Shown: piece after piece, positions 33,901-45,800 of the stretch | How the letters are laid out: each line of letters starts with the position of its first letter | How positions within the stretch are numbered: position 1 is the first letter of the stretch | Source of the DNA: Cetorhinus maximus | Taxonomy: Eukaryota | Reading direction: 5' to 3' | DNA: 64,000 nucleotides | Assembly: GCF_964194155.1 (NCBI RefSeq) | Contig: NC_135898.1 | Coordinates: 21,080,001 to 21,144,000 of the forward strand | Made by a program: the position numbers and the translations under genes | Notes under the pieces: model-generated | Seen by the model: only the letters and a program-made list of their open reading frames with translations | Database searches by the model: none | What the model was told of the DNA's origin: nothing

Positions 33901-36900
33901 GAGCAGGAGATGCCAGCCTAATTTGAGTCTTCCGCTGACATCCATACATGTACATCTGGGTTGGGGATATGGGGAGATCATTAGATGGCCACCATGACTC
34001 TCATACTCAGCTCATTGTTGCCTCCCCTACACCAAGGGTGCTGAGTAAAAGATTAGTTAATTCGGCACAGTTTGGGAACAAATCATGGACCCCCCACCCC
34101 CCCGACCCTCACCTCTGCTGCCAATTAGACATTTTCACTTAACCTTTTACTTTAAATGAACCTTCCATCCCAACAACAACACCCCCCCCCCCCCACCACC
34201 AACCCCCCCCCCCCTAAACTTTCACGTCCCACATCAGTGTCTAAGCCCCCATCTAGGGCACTGCAAAAACACCACAAAATCCCTCAGCCACTGCTTACAT
34301 CGTCACGGTCCAGCATGCGGAGAATCTGTTTGGTTTCCTCCTCCGACTCGCGCTTTTCCTTCTTTATGTTAATAATTGGTGACGTTCCAAACTCCTTCAT
34401 GTCCATGGAGGAATCCCAACCAGCTGTGAAGATATATAAAGATATATCAAGAGATAGCTAGATATATAAATGACAGATAAAGAGATGCCAGATATATAGC
34501 GAGTAACAGTACAACAGCTGGACAATCAATAACAAGTCAACATGGTTAACAGCCTGCTAGATATGGCATTATGGCAAATGTCCTTAGCATGTGCACAGTT
34601 TGTTGGAAGATGGGACAGTGACAGTGGTGGTAAGCTCCTGGCATTGTCCTATCAGTGGCCACGACTGCTGACCATTAACTGTTTCCAGGCTTCCCAAAAT
34701 GTCACCAAAATCAAGGTGGGAGAAACACAAAATGCTGGATGACACTTTCCTGGAATGTCCTACCGGCAGCTCCAGCTTCACACCAGAGATCTGGAAAGCC
34801 GACGTAGCCTTTTAGCAGCAGAGACATCCAGGTCCACCAAGAAAAAAAAACAACTGGTGAAAATCAAATTAATTCACATCTCTGCCTCCGAATCCAATCA
34901 CCAAGTGAGTCACTAAATGTTTGCAACTTTCAGCGGCGCCTAACACCCAAATCTACCCTGTGACATTCTAGTCCCACAATCCACAGATCCCATAATCCAT
35001 TTTTATTGGATTTACAAAGGCTGCTCAATTTGATGCCTGTCCCTTTGGATTCCATGAAAAGAGAATGTCAGATACTTGGCCATAGTGCCATATCTAGCAG
35101 AGCCCCTTGCTCTGTTAGCCAACAGCTAACAACCAGTTTCTTTACTACATTGCAGAGTACACACAGGATTCTGCAGTGCAGAAGTAGAAAAGCATGAAGG
35201 GTTTAGTTTAAGTAAATAAAGAGAAACCATTTCCGATGGCTGAAGGCACATATTAAAGGTGATTGGTAAAAGAATCAGAGGCAATATGATGAAATATCTT
35301 TCCAATGAGTGGTAAATTTTTGGGATGTGGCCCCATTGGACTACATACTTGGAAGGAGTCAAAACTGCAGGGATTTGGAGAAAGGCCAGGGGAGTGGGAT
35401 TAATTGGATCACTCTGAAAGAGCCAGCACTGGCTCGATGGGCCAAATGGCTTGCCCTCCTACTGTGCTGCATGATTCTATGAATAGAATGTGGGATACCA
35501 CGTGTATTCCCTTCTCCATATCTCACCTCTTTTCTTCATCATTTCAGCAGGACCCTGCTCAAAGATGGAGTGGGATTGAATTGTCTCGGGTCTGCCTCTA
35601 CCCCTTCCCCGTGCCTCTCTCTGGCGATCCCTGTCTCGTTCTTTCTTCTCTTTTCTCTGAGATGCATCTTCCTCTTTTGGCCTGAAAGAGAAGTAAATTT
35701 AAGAAAAAAAAAGTGCTTCACACGATGCAAGTGAGCTCCGTTAGTCAGCAACTCAAAACCAAAAGCACATCTTTAGCTTGAAAGGTGATGTCAGTGAATA
35801 GGTTGGCAAGATGTGATCGTTCGCCTTTGGCAGAACACAGTGCTGTGGATCTGGCTTGTGAGTGCTTATGTCTTTCATGTGATACCAACACATTACTGAT
35901 GGAGCAGAGGGATAAACAGCAGGAAATTCAGAAGCTGCTGAAGCTAAAAACATCCAAAGTACAAAGATGAGACTGCGATCTGACATAATCTCACGCGGCA
36001 TGAATTTCAACTTCCAAACACCCATGTCCTCACTGGATTTATCTACAGTAATACATTACAGGAAGAGTTCTATGTAAACCAACCTGTTCTGACTTTCTGA
36101 ACTCATCCCCTCACACCTCTCCCACTTCCAGTGACAGCCCTGACCCACCAGTACTTAACCCAATGTTAGCCAGGTCAAAAAGTGCTCTCTGCACACACGG
36201 CCCCAGGAATGATGCTGCTGGGTCCTTTTCATATTCAAAGTGCACATAGTTGATAATCATTCATACACCAAGCACTACACCATGCCAGAACACAAATGAT
36301 TCTATTGACTGAATTGCAGAAATTTCATATTGACACATACAATGTAAAGATTGCAGAGGCTGAGTTAGGCATGAGGACATTTGGGAACAGACGAGATGTT
36401 CTCAGGTATGCTTGTACAGATGCAGTCATTACATAATAAAACAGAAAACGTTGGGAAACTCAGGTCTGGCAGCATCTGTGGAGAGAGAAATGCTGCCAGA
36501 TCTGCTGAGTTTTTCGAGCATTTTCTGTTTTTATTTCAGATTTCCAGCATCCGCAATATTTTGCTTTTATTGCAGTCAATACATCATTGCTATTCATCCT
36601 ATGAATTAGGAGTCTGAACTGTACTCTCTCTCTGACATTGAATATACATTCCTTTCAAATAATTTTAAAACGTACAAATTAGTCTCCTTGGTGAAAATCA
36701 CGCTGGTTATCAATGTTGGGAAACCACTAGTCCACCCGGCAAGTCAGGCACACAAGCCTTAATGGGCGTATAAGGATGATTCATTGTCTGTCCCTGCAAG
36801 AAACTTTCAGCCTTTGATCATAATTCCCAGACAGCAGGTACTCAGCAAGTGGAGGTCATGTACACGGACCCATGGCACTTGCTCCCTGAATTCTCATCGA

Positions 36901-39900
36901 CGACTTACCAGCTGGCATCATGTAATTACCACGAAATGGAAAACCAAAACTATGTCACAAATTCCACAGAGTAAACATATACTCACTCTTCCTTGACCTT
37001 CCTGCTGATGATGTTGGGAGTGAAAGTTTTCTGCAAGAGAAGGCACAATTTGTCACACACACAATTCATACTAGGAACTAATATTCCATTTCTTTCTTTC
37101 TACAGTTGTTATTCCCTGGTCATTACAATAGCTTTTAGGGTTAAAGAGGACATTAGTCTTAAAATCTGGAAACCTTTGTGAAACCAAACTCCTCCTCATT
37201 TGTGCCAATTGTAAAAAAAACTACGTCAAAACCCCTCCTTAATCCTGCAATTAACGGTTAATTCCTCATTCAAGTTAAATAGTGGATTTAATTGTTATTA
37301 TTCAACACAAAAAAGACATTCCACAGTCGAACTTCATCAACAACTAGAAGTCGTTAGACTATTCATTACAGCAAGCCCAATCCTGTCCTCAGTAGACTTC
37401 CACAGCCATTAATGGATGGAAATCAGAAGTGGAAACTCTGACTGGTTAACCCCCTTCCAGGCTCAGGAATACTGAGCCATTGCTGACTCAGCCAGCTCTA
37501 GACAGACTAAGGATTAAAAATGGGACTTTCTGGTCTTGGCACATTTACCCACTACACCGTTGGCCAAATGTAAGTTTTCATAGAATCATAGAATAGATAC
37601 AGCACTGAAGGAGGGCATTCAGCCCATTCCATCTGTGCCAGCCCTCAGCGAGCACAATTTAACTGGACTCCCTTTCCCATCCTTACTCTATAAGCCTTGC
37701 AAAGCTTTTCTGCTCAGGTACTTATTCATTTCTCTTTTGAAAGCCACAATTGAATCAGCCTCCACCACACTTTCAGGCAGTGCATTTCAGATCCTAACCC
37801 ACTCACTGTGTTAAAAAAGTTTTTCCTCATGTCACCTTTGGTTATTTTGCCAATCACCTTAAACCGGTGTCTTCTGGTTCTCGACCCTTCCACCAATGGG
37901 AACAGTCTCTCCCTATTTACTCTGTCCAGACCTATCATGATTTTGAACACCTCTTCCAAATCTCCTCTTAGCCTTCTCCTTTCCAAGGAGAACAGTCCCA
38001 ATTTTTCCACGCAGCTGAAGTCCCCCATTCCTGGAACCATTCTTGTAAATATTTTCTGCATCCTCTCTAAAGCCTCTACATTCTTCCTAAAGAATCGGAC
38101 ACAATACTCTCTTTGAGGCCCAAGCAGTGTTTTAGAAAGGTTCATCATAACTCCCTGGCTTTTGTACTTTATGTCTCTATTCATAGAGCCCAGGGTCCAT
38201 ATGCCTTTTTAACCACTTTCTCAATCTGCCCTGCCAACTTCAACAATTTGTGCACAGATAAAATGCTTAAAATGTTATCAAATATTTATTTAAAATACGG
38301 GCAAGCCAGTAACTACCAGCCCAACAGCCCCACCTCCAGTTGAGCAGAGAGGTGTCTCTGCACCATACAGTGACTAATTGTAGCCAGATTGCATCATTGC
38401 ATTTCCATTAGCCATGTCAAATTATAAATGATAGTCCAGATGGAGTATAGAGCACCACCATGTAGCACATCAACTCCTTGGAGCTTATTTCTGTATAAAT
38501 TGCACATGGCAGGTTGTTAGTGGCAGAGTCACTATCGCCAGCGACTCCCCTGCCAGCTTAAATTGAAGTGTACCAGTCCTTTACATAAACCAAAATAGAA
38601 GATTTGATTGGGCCAGAGAAAGCACCATCATTGATGGCAACAAACCTTTGAAAATCCACCTCAAATTCAAGTGCATGTACAACTCAAGAATGAAAAGGAG
38701 GGCCATACCAGCACAGTGTAGCTTACTAAACAGGTTGTCTGTATGCGGTACATTACCAGTTTGACTCCACTCATCTTTTCTCATTAGAAAACTTGCTGAC
38801 GATTCCAAGGTGAGATAAACAGCATTCAAAAGACATCTGGGCCAATTAAGCACGTAGATTTTGCCGACACAACAGTCAGTTCACTTCTTAATGCGAAACA
38901 TGTTTTGACAACACGACTATAAAAATAATTTCTGTCCATGTAAGATAAGTGTTTAAATTTGAAGCTCTAATGGAGAGTAGTTACTGTTATAACATAGGAA
39001 ACACAGCAGCTAATTTGTGCACAGCAAGCTCCCACAAACAGCAATGAAATAAACGACCAGAGAATCTGTTTTGATGATGAGGTATAAGTATTATCCCTTC
39101 TTTTCTTTGAAATAGCAGCATAGAATCTTTTACGCCCACCTGTGAGAGCAAATGGGGCCTCCGTTTAACCCAAGAGACAGCACCTCCAACTTTACAGCAC
39201 TCTCTCGGTAAGGTGCCTAATACAATGCAGTACTACCCTTCAGTATGACCCCAAAGACAATGCAGCACTCCTCAGTACCATCCCAAGACAGTAAAGCACT
39301 CCCTCAGTACTGCCCTGACAGTGCAGCACTCCCTCAGTACTGCCCCAACAATGCCGTGGTCCCTCCAATACGGCCCCTAGGTCAGTGCAGCACTCCCTCA
39401 GTGCAGCACTGCCCTGACAATGCAGCAGTCCCTCAGTACAGCCCCTAAGACAGTGCAGTACTCCCTCAGTACGGCCCCTAAGACAGTGCAGCACTCCCTC
39501 AGTACTGCACTGGAGTGTTAGTCTAGATTATGCAATAAAAGTTGGGGATTAAGGCTTGAACCCACAATTTACTGACTCAGGGGCGAGAGTGTTATCTGCT
39601 GAGACAAAGACTGACATTTATAAAAGTCAACCTATAAAAACCTGCACTTTCTGAAGGGAGGGGAAGCTTGCACAAGTCTCCACAAAGAAGCTCTTAAGCT
39701 GCTGCAGTACAGCATGACACAAATGCTCAGCAGCACCACATTTCATCAATCACAGATCTGCTCTCACCAAACCCTTGCTGCTGTTTCGTCTCAGTCCAGT
39801 GAGCGTCACTGATGTCCAATAATAGAAACTGGCTGCAAGTGCTGGAAAGCCGAAATAAGAACAGAAAACGCTGCAAATACATAATAGATCAGTCAGCGTC

Positions 39901-40198
39901 TGAAAGAGCAACAACAGGTGACACCCAAAATGCAAACCTCTGTCCTCTTTACAGATGTGGTCTGACCTGCTATTCAAGCCAGTTTTCATTCCACGTTGAC
40001 CTGCCCTCGTCCCAAACAATCAATGCCACTGACCTTTTTCATTCCTCCCAGTGTTAGATCCCGTGAGCGGATGGAAGGCAGACGACCTGGGGTAACGGTG
40101 GCAGAACTCCGTCGTCCTGGCAGACCCCTGCCCACCGTGACAGGAGGCCTGATGGCGCTAGAGTGGCCAGAGTCTCCACTGGGACCTCTCTCAGACAT
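27843..40198 (-). CDS. POLR3D: DNA-directed RNA polymerase III subunit RPC4; complement(join(27843..27962,28954..29106,29943..30214,33327..33492,34299..34423,35527..35681,36987..37030,40034..40198)), 399 aa
   Basis: Eight GT-AG exons with consistent phases, 1200 nt in total. Hallmark peptides: RLPSIRSRDLTLGG.KKKTFTPNII, IQSHSIFEQGPAE, MPVQLPL..SGWLF, LLFLQLPDTLPG, EGQIGKLLIRKSGRVQL and GHVKHKLVCSPDFE. Confidence 0.96.
28065..28485 (-). mobile_element. Deu-domain SINE (SacSINE1/AmnSINE1-like), near full length
   Basis: Reverse complement carries a tRNA-like head (ggttcaggtccc), cagtactgagggagtgctgc, gtgtcctggccaata, gcttgctgtg and an aaagcgctttggga-type tail. Similarity to the Deu-SINE consensus is from recall. 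Confidence 0.75.
28490..28790 (-). mobile_element. L2-like LINE fragment
   Basis: Sequence resembles the decayed LINE at 6240-6500 (gaaatagtcaagtctagag...); no intact ORF. Confidence 0.5.
28954..29106 (-). CDS. POLR3D: POLR3D coding exon 7
   Basis: ctgcag|EIKQAENSCSLMDLTEGQIGKLLIRKSGRVQLVLGQVTLDVTMGTTCSFLQ|gtatgt. Confidence 0.95.
29365..29790. repeat. Diverged tandem repeat, ~68-bp unit, about 6 copies
   Basis: ctgtaa(c/t)tc unit starts at 29368, 29437, 29505, 29573, 29631, 29700 and 29770; consensus ctgtaactcactcc.gggtatctgttattctatatataaacc..ctgaacccctcgattagattccagc. Confidence 0.85.
29943..30214 (-). CDS. POLR3D: POLR3D coding exon 6
   Basis: tttcag|..KDEPEDE...ELLFLQLPDTLPGQAPTRD...EKAQ|gtctgt; phase 1 to 0. 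Confidence 0.9.
30442..31730. mobile_element. Probable solo LTR (~1.29 kb) in POLR3D intron
   Basis: Termini TGTT...AAC(T), flanked by a 5-bp near-TSD gctga/gccga; composition distinct from the flanks; no coding remnant. Confidence 0.5.
31775..32935 (+). mobile_element. Deu-domain SINE split in two (~31775-32010 and ~32690-32935)
   Basis: Head and cagtactgagggagt core at 31.8-32.0 kb; 3' part (cattgctgtttg...tataaatgcaagtcttt) at 32.7-32.9 kb. Confidence 0.6.
33327..33492 (-). CDS. POLR3D: POLR3D coding exon 5
   Basis: gtgtag|FIDDPGLKNDARNMPVQLPLAQSGWLFKEE...SVK|gtgagt. Confidence 0.93.
34299..34423 (-). CDS. POLR3D: POLR3D coding exon 4
   Basis: tcacag|GWDSSMDMKEFGTSPIINIKKEKRESEEETKQILRMLDRDD|gtaagc. 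Confidence 0.93.
35527..35681 (-). CDS. POLR3D: POLR3D coding exon 3
   Basis: tttcag|PKEEDASQRKEKKERDRDRQREARGRGRGRPETIQSHSIFEQGPAEMMKKR|gtgaga. Confidence 0.93.
36435..36570. mobile_element. Collapsed foldback Penelope-like remnant
   Basis: aaaacagaaaacgttgggaaactcaggtctggcagcat versus atgctgccagatctgctgagtttttcgagcattttctgtttt form an inverted pair. Confidence 0.65.
36987..37030 (-). CDS. POLR3D: POLR3D coding exon 2 (44 nt)
   Basis: ttgcag|KTFTPNIISRKVKE(E)|gtgagt. Confidence 0.93.
37578..38260 (-). mobile_element. CR1 LINE 3' fragment
   Basis: ORF 37726..38184 (LERRRLRGDLEEVFKIMIGLDRVNRERLFPLVEGSRTR) and an (attctatg)n tail at 37578-37592. Confidence 0.9.
38985..39605 (-). mobile_element. 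Deu-domain SINE with an internal tandem expansion (~10 copies of a 30-33 bp unit, 39190-39515)
   Basis: SINE 3' part at 38985-39190, repeated cagtgcagcactccctcagtac.gcccc..ga, then a tRNA-like head at 39550-39605. Confidence 0.8.
40034..40198 (-). CDS. POLR3D: POLR3D coding exon 1 (exon begins at about 40212 with a short 5' UTR)
   Basis: MSERGPSG...TPGRLPSIRSRDLTLGGMKK|gtcagt; upstream acceptor tttgcag at 40213-40214. Confidence 0.93.
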
Positions 40199-41174
40199 CT
40201 CAGCTTCTCAATCTGCAAAGTAAAGGAACAAAGATAATATAGCTCCAGATACCATGTCAATCAGGAAACGGAACAGATCCTTCGAAATCACAACTTAAAA
40301 AAGCAGTTTTCCTGTGGGTTTCAGGAAAACCACCAAACTTTTGATCTTCATAGGACATGCACATTATCACAAACATGGCAAGCTATGGACAAAGGATGAT
40401 TATTCCAAGCTGATCGAAGAACCAAACATGCTTGGAACTCCCCTAGTGAGGAAAACACAGTAGGTGCAGCTTCTGACATGGACAAAATTAAACAACTGAT
40501 CAATAACCAAAACAGGGTAGATCATAGAGCCATTACGGCAGAAGAGGAAGCCGTTTGGCCCATCAGGTCTATGCCAGCTCTCTATAGGAGTACAAATACA
40601 GGTGATTGAGAACGGGGAACTGGAATCATTTAAGAACTAGCTGGATACTATAATGGGGAGGTTGTAGTGTTGCTGTTCTTAAATAATTACCTTAAATAGG
40701 CCACAATTAAATGGGTCACTATATCAATCTATCCTATATATTCTGTAGAATGCCTTTCTCTTATCCTCTGTTTATACTCCAGCTTTCAGCCAGACAGTCC
40801 CTTAGTTGTGCTACCTCACTGGTTCTTCACACCCTGCCCAGGATGTAGCTCCACACAACTTTGGTTCCACACAGGCACAGAGCTCCTGCACTTGATTAAA
40901 TAATTACACACAACACTCAAGAAGCTGATGCCATCCAGGACAAAGCTATCTGCTTCTTCAGCAACCTATCCAGCACCTTAACATTCACTCCCTCCACCAC
41001 TGGCACACAGTGACAGCAGTGTGTACCATCTGCAAAATGCACTGCAGCAATTTACCATGACTTCAATCGCACTTTCCAAACCCATGACCTCTACCACCTA
41101 GAAGAACAAGGGATGTAGGGGCATGGGAACACCACCATCTCCAAGATACACAACATCCCAAGTAGGAAATCTCA

Positions 41175-41765
41175 TTCTTCTGAGGCAGTCCCTTGGGATC
41201 GAGGATGACTTGCTTTCACTCCGGTTCGATGGGTTGAGATGGCCGATAAGTCAAATGATTTGCCACATGCAGGGCAGATAGTGCTTGAAGGGTTGGGTAG
41301 ATGAGCTGTTTGGAGGTTTGTGTGTTCCCTCCTATGCCTCCACTTCGTCTCTGCATGTTCCCAATAAAGTCTCTTGATGTGTTCGGTGCCTTCCCCAATG
41401 AGCCTTCTCCATTTTGCTTAGTCACAAGCTGGGGTCTCCCATGGATCAGTGGGGATGTTTCACCTCTTCAGGGATGCTTTAAGGACATACCTAAAGCATT
41501 TCCTTCTGGGAGTCTCCTTCCACTACTGAATTCTGAGTAAAGCAGTTGCTTCGGGAGTCTGGTGTCAGATATACAAACAACATGTCCCATCCAGCGGGGC
41601 TGGTTTTGAATGGCTAGCGCCTCGATGCTGGGCAAGTTGGCTTGGGAAAGGTTGCTGCTGTTGGACTGCCTTCCTTGCCACCTGATTTGGAGGATCTTGT
41701 GAAGGCACCACTGGTGGGACATCTCCAGCGCTTTGAGGTGCCTGCTGTAGGTTGTTCAAGTCTTC
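41175..41765 (-). mobile_element. RTE-clade LINE 3' fragment
   Basis: Translates ILQIRWQ...ANLPSIEAL..QNQPRWMGHVVCISDTRLPKQLLYSE..SGRR, an RTE ORF C-terminus. Confidence 0.8.
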
Positions 41766-42784
41766 TCGGAAATATATTGTCATTCGTCAGCACTAGTTCA
41801 GAACCCTGAGACTCCCTATCTGACAGCACCTTAGGAGCACTTTCATTACATGGAATGCAAGAGGGTGACCCACCATCTTTCAAGGCAATGAAGGATGAGC
41901 AATAAATGCCAGATTTGCCAGTGATGTCATAACTTGAGAATGAATAAAGATCAGCCACTGTTAAAAGCAGGTCACAGTTCAACAATGGAGTGCAATCACA
42001 TTCCATGAATTTAGGGGTGCTAGACTGCCTCTTTCAGGGGGCCCAATCCTAAAGTCAGTTCATGCACTCACTCTGGATGGAAACTGCAGCATCAGTACTG
42101 CGGCGATGCAGAAAGCAATGCCCTAAAAGTTGCTGTGTTAATGCAATCCAAATTGTAAGCTTCAAAGACGGCTACCCAGGAATGTAACATGAAGTCCACA
42201 GCATGAAGTTGAACCCTGCCAGTCTGTATGTTCCAGGACAGCCCGTGTTTCTGACACCCCCTCAAGAAGCACCCTAGGGGTGTTTTCCTAAACGCGCCAT
42301 ATAAATTCATATTGGATATTTTGTGACCTTCCAAATACCAGCAGGACCATGACAGTTCCAAGGCTAACAGCACAATGGGAAGCAGGTTCTAAATGAATAG
42401 TATTCCTTGTGATGCCTACTTTCTATTTTAGAAGTGTTAGCAAGAAAGATCCAAGTCCTAGGACTCTACATTTGAGAGAAGCACAGACTTAGGGCATCAT
42501 TTAATCGAAGTTTACAAGATGGTGGAAGGAATGGGTTGTGTTTGAGCAGTTTATCCCAATTTAAAAAGCTTAAGGAGGAACAGGGATCACATGTTGAAGT
42601 TGTACAAGGCCAGTTCTCGGTTAGACATCAGGATGTTCTTCCCCCCTTCTCCCCCAAGAGAATAGTGACCTCTGGAACAGGCTGCAAGCTTGTGCGATGA
42701 ACACCGATTCTCTAAACCCTTCAAGCAAGAGCTGGACCTTTTCTCCCTGGGATGGAAATCATTCTTACAAAAGATAGGTCGTCA

Positions 42785-43350
42785 TCATCATGTATGCTCT
42801 TCCTGAAGGCAGGTCCCGAGCTCATTGTCTTCTCTATGTCTCTCTGTCCTGTGCCAGTGTTTCCATTTTCCAATAATTTCCTTCAATTTACAAGCCATCC
42901 AGCAATGATATTCTCTTCCTCTTTTTCCTTGAAATCTTCCCTCCATAATGTCTCTTACTAGTCTGTTTTCTCTTCCGATGCAATCTTCCCAGTCTCTCTG
43001 CCTCTTCCTAAATACATTTAGCAAATTTCTTTGTTCATTCACTTTTCCACAGCACTTTTTCACCTGTTACTTTTTTTCCATCCAGCTGACTCTTTCAGTT
43101 CTCCTTCAAACTACATTTCAAAGCTATTCAGCAAGTTGGTCTCCTTTCTGGAAGGTCCAAGTCTCTCATCTACACAAAACAACACTCCAAATCAAGCTCT
43201 TTACAAACTGGTTCTTGAGTTGTTTATTCTACTTTCCAGTTAGCAACAGTCTCTTCTTACTAAATGCAGCCTTTTCCATTGCTATCTTTATTTTTTATTT
43301 CTTTGCTACACCTTCCACCTGCAGATATTCTGCTTCCTAAATACTTAAAT
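42785..43350 (-). mobile_element. RTE-like LINE 3' fragment
   Basis: RLVRDIMEGRFQGKRGR motif; short tcatca tail at ~42782-42790. Confidence 0.6.
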
Positions 43351-43714
43351 TATTCTCATTTTTTTCTTAATTCAAAAGGTGGGTATTGCAGAGAATTTTC
43401 AGAGTCACAGTGAGCTCCAACACTAGTTTGGACCACCTGAAGAGGTCAGAGAGGAATTTCCAAGATTTTATCTTCCCAAATTTCCCTGTCCTTTGCACTT
43501 CCCCCAGAAAATTACATGATTTCCAGTAGGGTGGGGAGTTTATTTTTATGAAGCAAAACCTATTGCAATTGTGAGGGACAGCCTGGATATGGACCAGTCT
43601 GCCATTCTTCAGATGTCTGTACATAGTCCTTAACTCACCTTGTTACAAAAAAAGGGCGACACTGAAAAAAAACATGGCATGTGAAAAATGGGATGACAGA
43701 CTGGGGCAAGTGAA

Positions 43715-45060
43715 AGGGGGTGGGACTGGGGGTCAACGAAAGGGGATGGGACTGGGGGTCAACGAAAGGCGGTGGGACTGGGGGTCAACGAAAGGGGATG
43801 GGACTGGGGGTCAACGAAAGGCGGTGGGACTGGGGGTCAACGAAAGGCGGTGGGACTGGGGGTCAACGAAAGGCGGTGGGACTGGGGGTCAACGAAAGGC
43901 GGTGGGACTGGGGGTCAACGAAAGGCGGTGGGACTGGGGGTCAACGAAAGGCGGTGGGACTGGGGGTCAACGAAAGGCGGTGGGACTGGGGGTCAACGAA
44001 AGGCGGTGGGACTGGGGGTCAACGAAAGGCGGTGGGACTGGGGGTCAACGAAAGGCGGTGGGACTGGGGGTCAACGAAAGGCGGTGGGACTGGGGGTCAA
44101 CGAAAGGCGGTGGGACTGGGGGTCAACGAAAGGCGGTGGGACTGGGGGTCAACGAAAGGCGGTGGGACTGGGGGTCAACGAAAGGCGGTGGGACTGGGGG
44201 TCAACGAAAGGCGGTGGGACTGGGGGTCAACGAAAGGCGGTGGGACTGGGGGTCAACGAAAGGCGGTGGGACTGGGGGTCAACGAAAGGCGGTGGGACTG
44301 GGGGTCAACGAAAGGCGGTGGGACTGGGGGTCAACGAAAGGCGGTGGGACTGGGGGTCAACGAAAGGCGGTGGGACTGGGGGTCAACGAAAGGCGGTGGG
44401 ACTGGGGGTCAACGAAAGGCGGTGGGACTGGGGGTCAACGAAAGGCGGTGGGACTGGGGGTCAACGAAAGGCGGTGGGACTGGGGGTCAACGAAAGGCGG
44501 TGGGACTGGGGGTCAACGAAAGGCGGTGGGACTGGGGGTCAACGAAAGGCGGTGGGACTGGGGGTCAACGAAAGGCGGTGGGACTGGGGGTCAACGAAAG
44601 GCGGTGGGACTGGGGGTCAACGAAAGGCGGTGGGACTGGGGGTCAACGAAAGGCGGTGGGACTGGGGGTCAACGAAAGGCGGTGGGACTGGGGGTCAACG
44701 AAAGGCGGTGGGACTGGGGGTCAACGAAAGGCGGTGGGACTGGGGGTCAACGAAAGGCGGTGGGACTGGGGGTCAACGAAAGGCGGTGGGACTGGGGGTC
44801 AACGAAAGGCGGTGGGACTGGGGGTCAACGAAAGGCGGTGGGACTGGGGGTCAACGAAAGGCGGTGGGACTGGGGGTCAACGAAAGGCGGTGGGACTGGG
44901 GGTCAACGAAAGGCGGTGGGACTGGGGGTCAACGAAAGGGGGTGGGACTGGGGGTCAACGAAAGGGGGTGGGACTGGGGGTCAACGAAAGGGGGTGGGAC
45001 TGGGGGTCAACGAAAGGCGGTGGGACTGGGGGTCAATGAAAGGGGGTGGGACTGGGGGTA
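43715..45060 (+). repeat. Homogeneous 26-bp G-rich minisatellite (GGGACTGGGGGTCAACGAAAGGCGGT), about 50 copies
   Basis: Direct reading; the interior copies are identical, with variants only at the edges. Confidence 0.98.
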
Positions 45061-45335
45061 TATGAAAGGGGGTAAAACCTGGGGTAAACAAAAGGGGGTG
45101 AGACAGAGGGTAATTGAAAAGGGGAGAGACAGGGGGTAATTGAAAAGGGGTAAGACCGGGGGGTAAATAAAAGGGGGTGAGACGGGGGGGTAATTGAAAA
45201 GGGGGTGAGACAGGGGGTAATTGAAAAGGGGTGAGACAGGGGGTAATTGAAAAGGGGTGAGACAGGGGGTAATTGAAAAGGGGTGAGACAGGGGGTAATT
45301 GAAAAGGGGTGAGACTGCAGGTAAATGAAAGGGGG
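45061..45335 (+). repeat. Related, more diverged ~26-bp repeat (GGGGTGAGACAGGGGGTAATTGAAAA), about 10 copies
   Basis: Direct reading; alignable to the 26-mer of the adjacent array. Confidence 0.9.
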
Positions 45336-45592
45336 GTTAAGTGAGGGCTTGGGCCATAACATTTTATTTCATTTGCTTACCCCATTCTGGGGTATTTGAT
45401 AATAAGACCAGCTCTTTGCCAGGCTTGAACCCTCCCCAGGCTTTACAAACCCCAGTCCCGCTAGGCCGCAGTTACCTGGAGACGAGCTCTAATGCTCAGA
45501 CCTGATGCTAGGCCCCGCTGTGCCGATCTCTCACTATCCTCAGGTTCTTCCACCAACCAGATTACTGCCTCCTCTCTCTCTCGGCCACTCAC

Positions 45593-45700
45593 CCGCCGCG
45601 CTACCATCACACCCCCGGCCGGCTGCTGTAAATCGCCATGTTAGTGCGGGTCAAATCTGCGTCTCCCCACCGAATACGCCTGCGCAACAGGCGGCGCATT
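45593..45700 (-). other. POLR3D: Probable non-coding first exon of POLR3D
   Basis: Strong donor GG|GTGAGT at 45592 inside a CpG-rich patch; alternative donor AG|GTAACT at 45475; 5' end uncertain. Confidence 0.55.
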
Positions 45701-45800
45701 TTGCCCCGTACTAAGATGGCGGCTGACAGCGGGGCGGAAGTAAAGGTCGTGTTGTCCATTCTGTCCTCACTGACAGTGGGACTGGCTCAACCAATGCTGC
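45670..45800. promoter_or_regulatory. POLR3D housekeeping-type promoter: NRF1-like cgcctgcgca (45677-45686), YY1 AAGATGGCGGC (45713-45723), GC box/ETS GGGGCGGAAGT (45731-45741), CCAAT (45791)
   Basis: Consensus motifs clustered in a CpG-rich patch upstream of the POLR3D first coding exon. Confidence 0.7.

Noticed and set aside
43715-45060. CRISPR-like array
   Set aside because: Units are contiguous with no unique spacers; eukaryotic context with no cas genes.
43674-45139. Three long ORFs (439-463 aa) in all + frames
   Set aside because: Artefact of a stop-free 26-bp tandem repeat read through rotating frames; lies antisense in POLR3D intron 1; no coding evidence.
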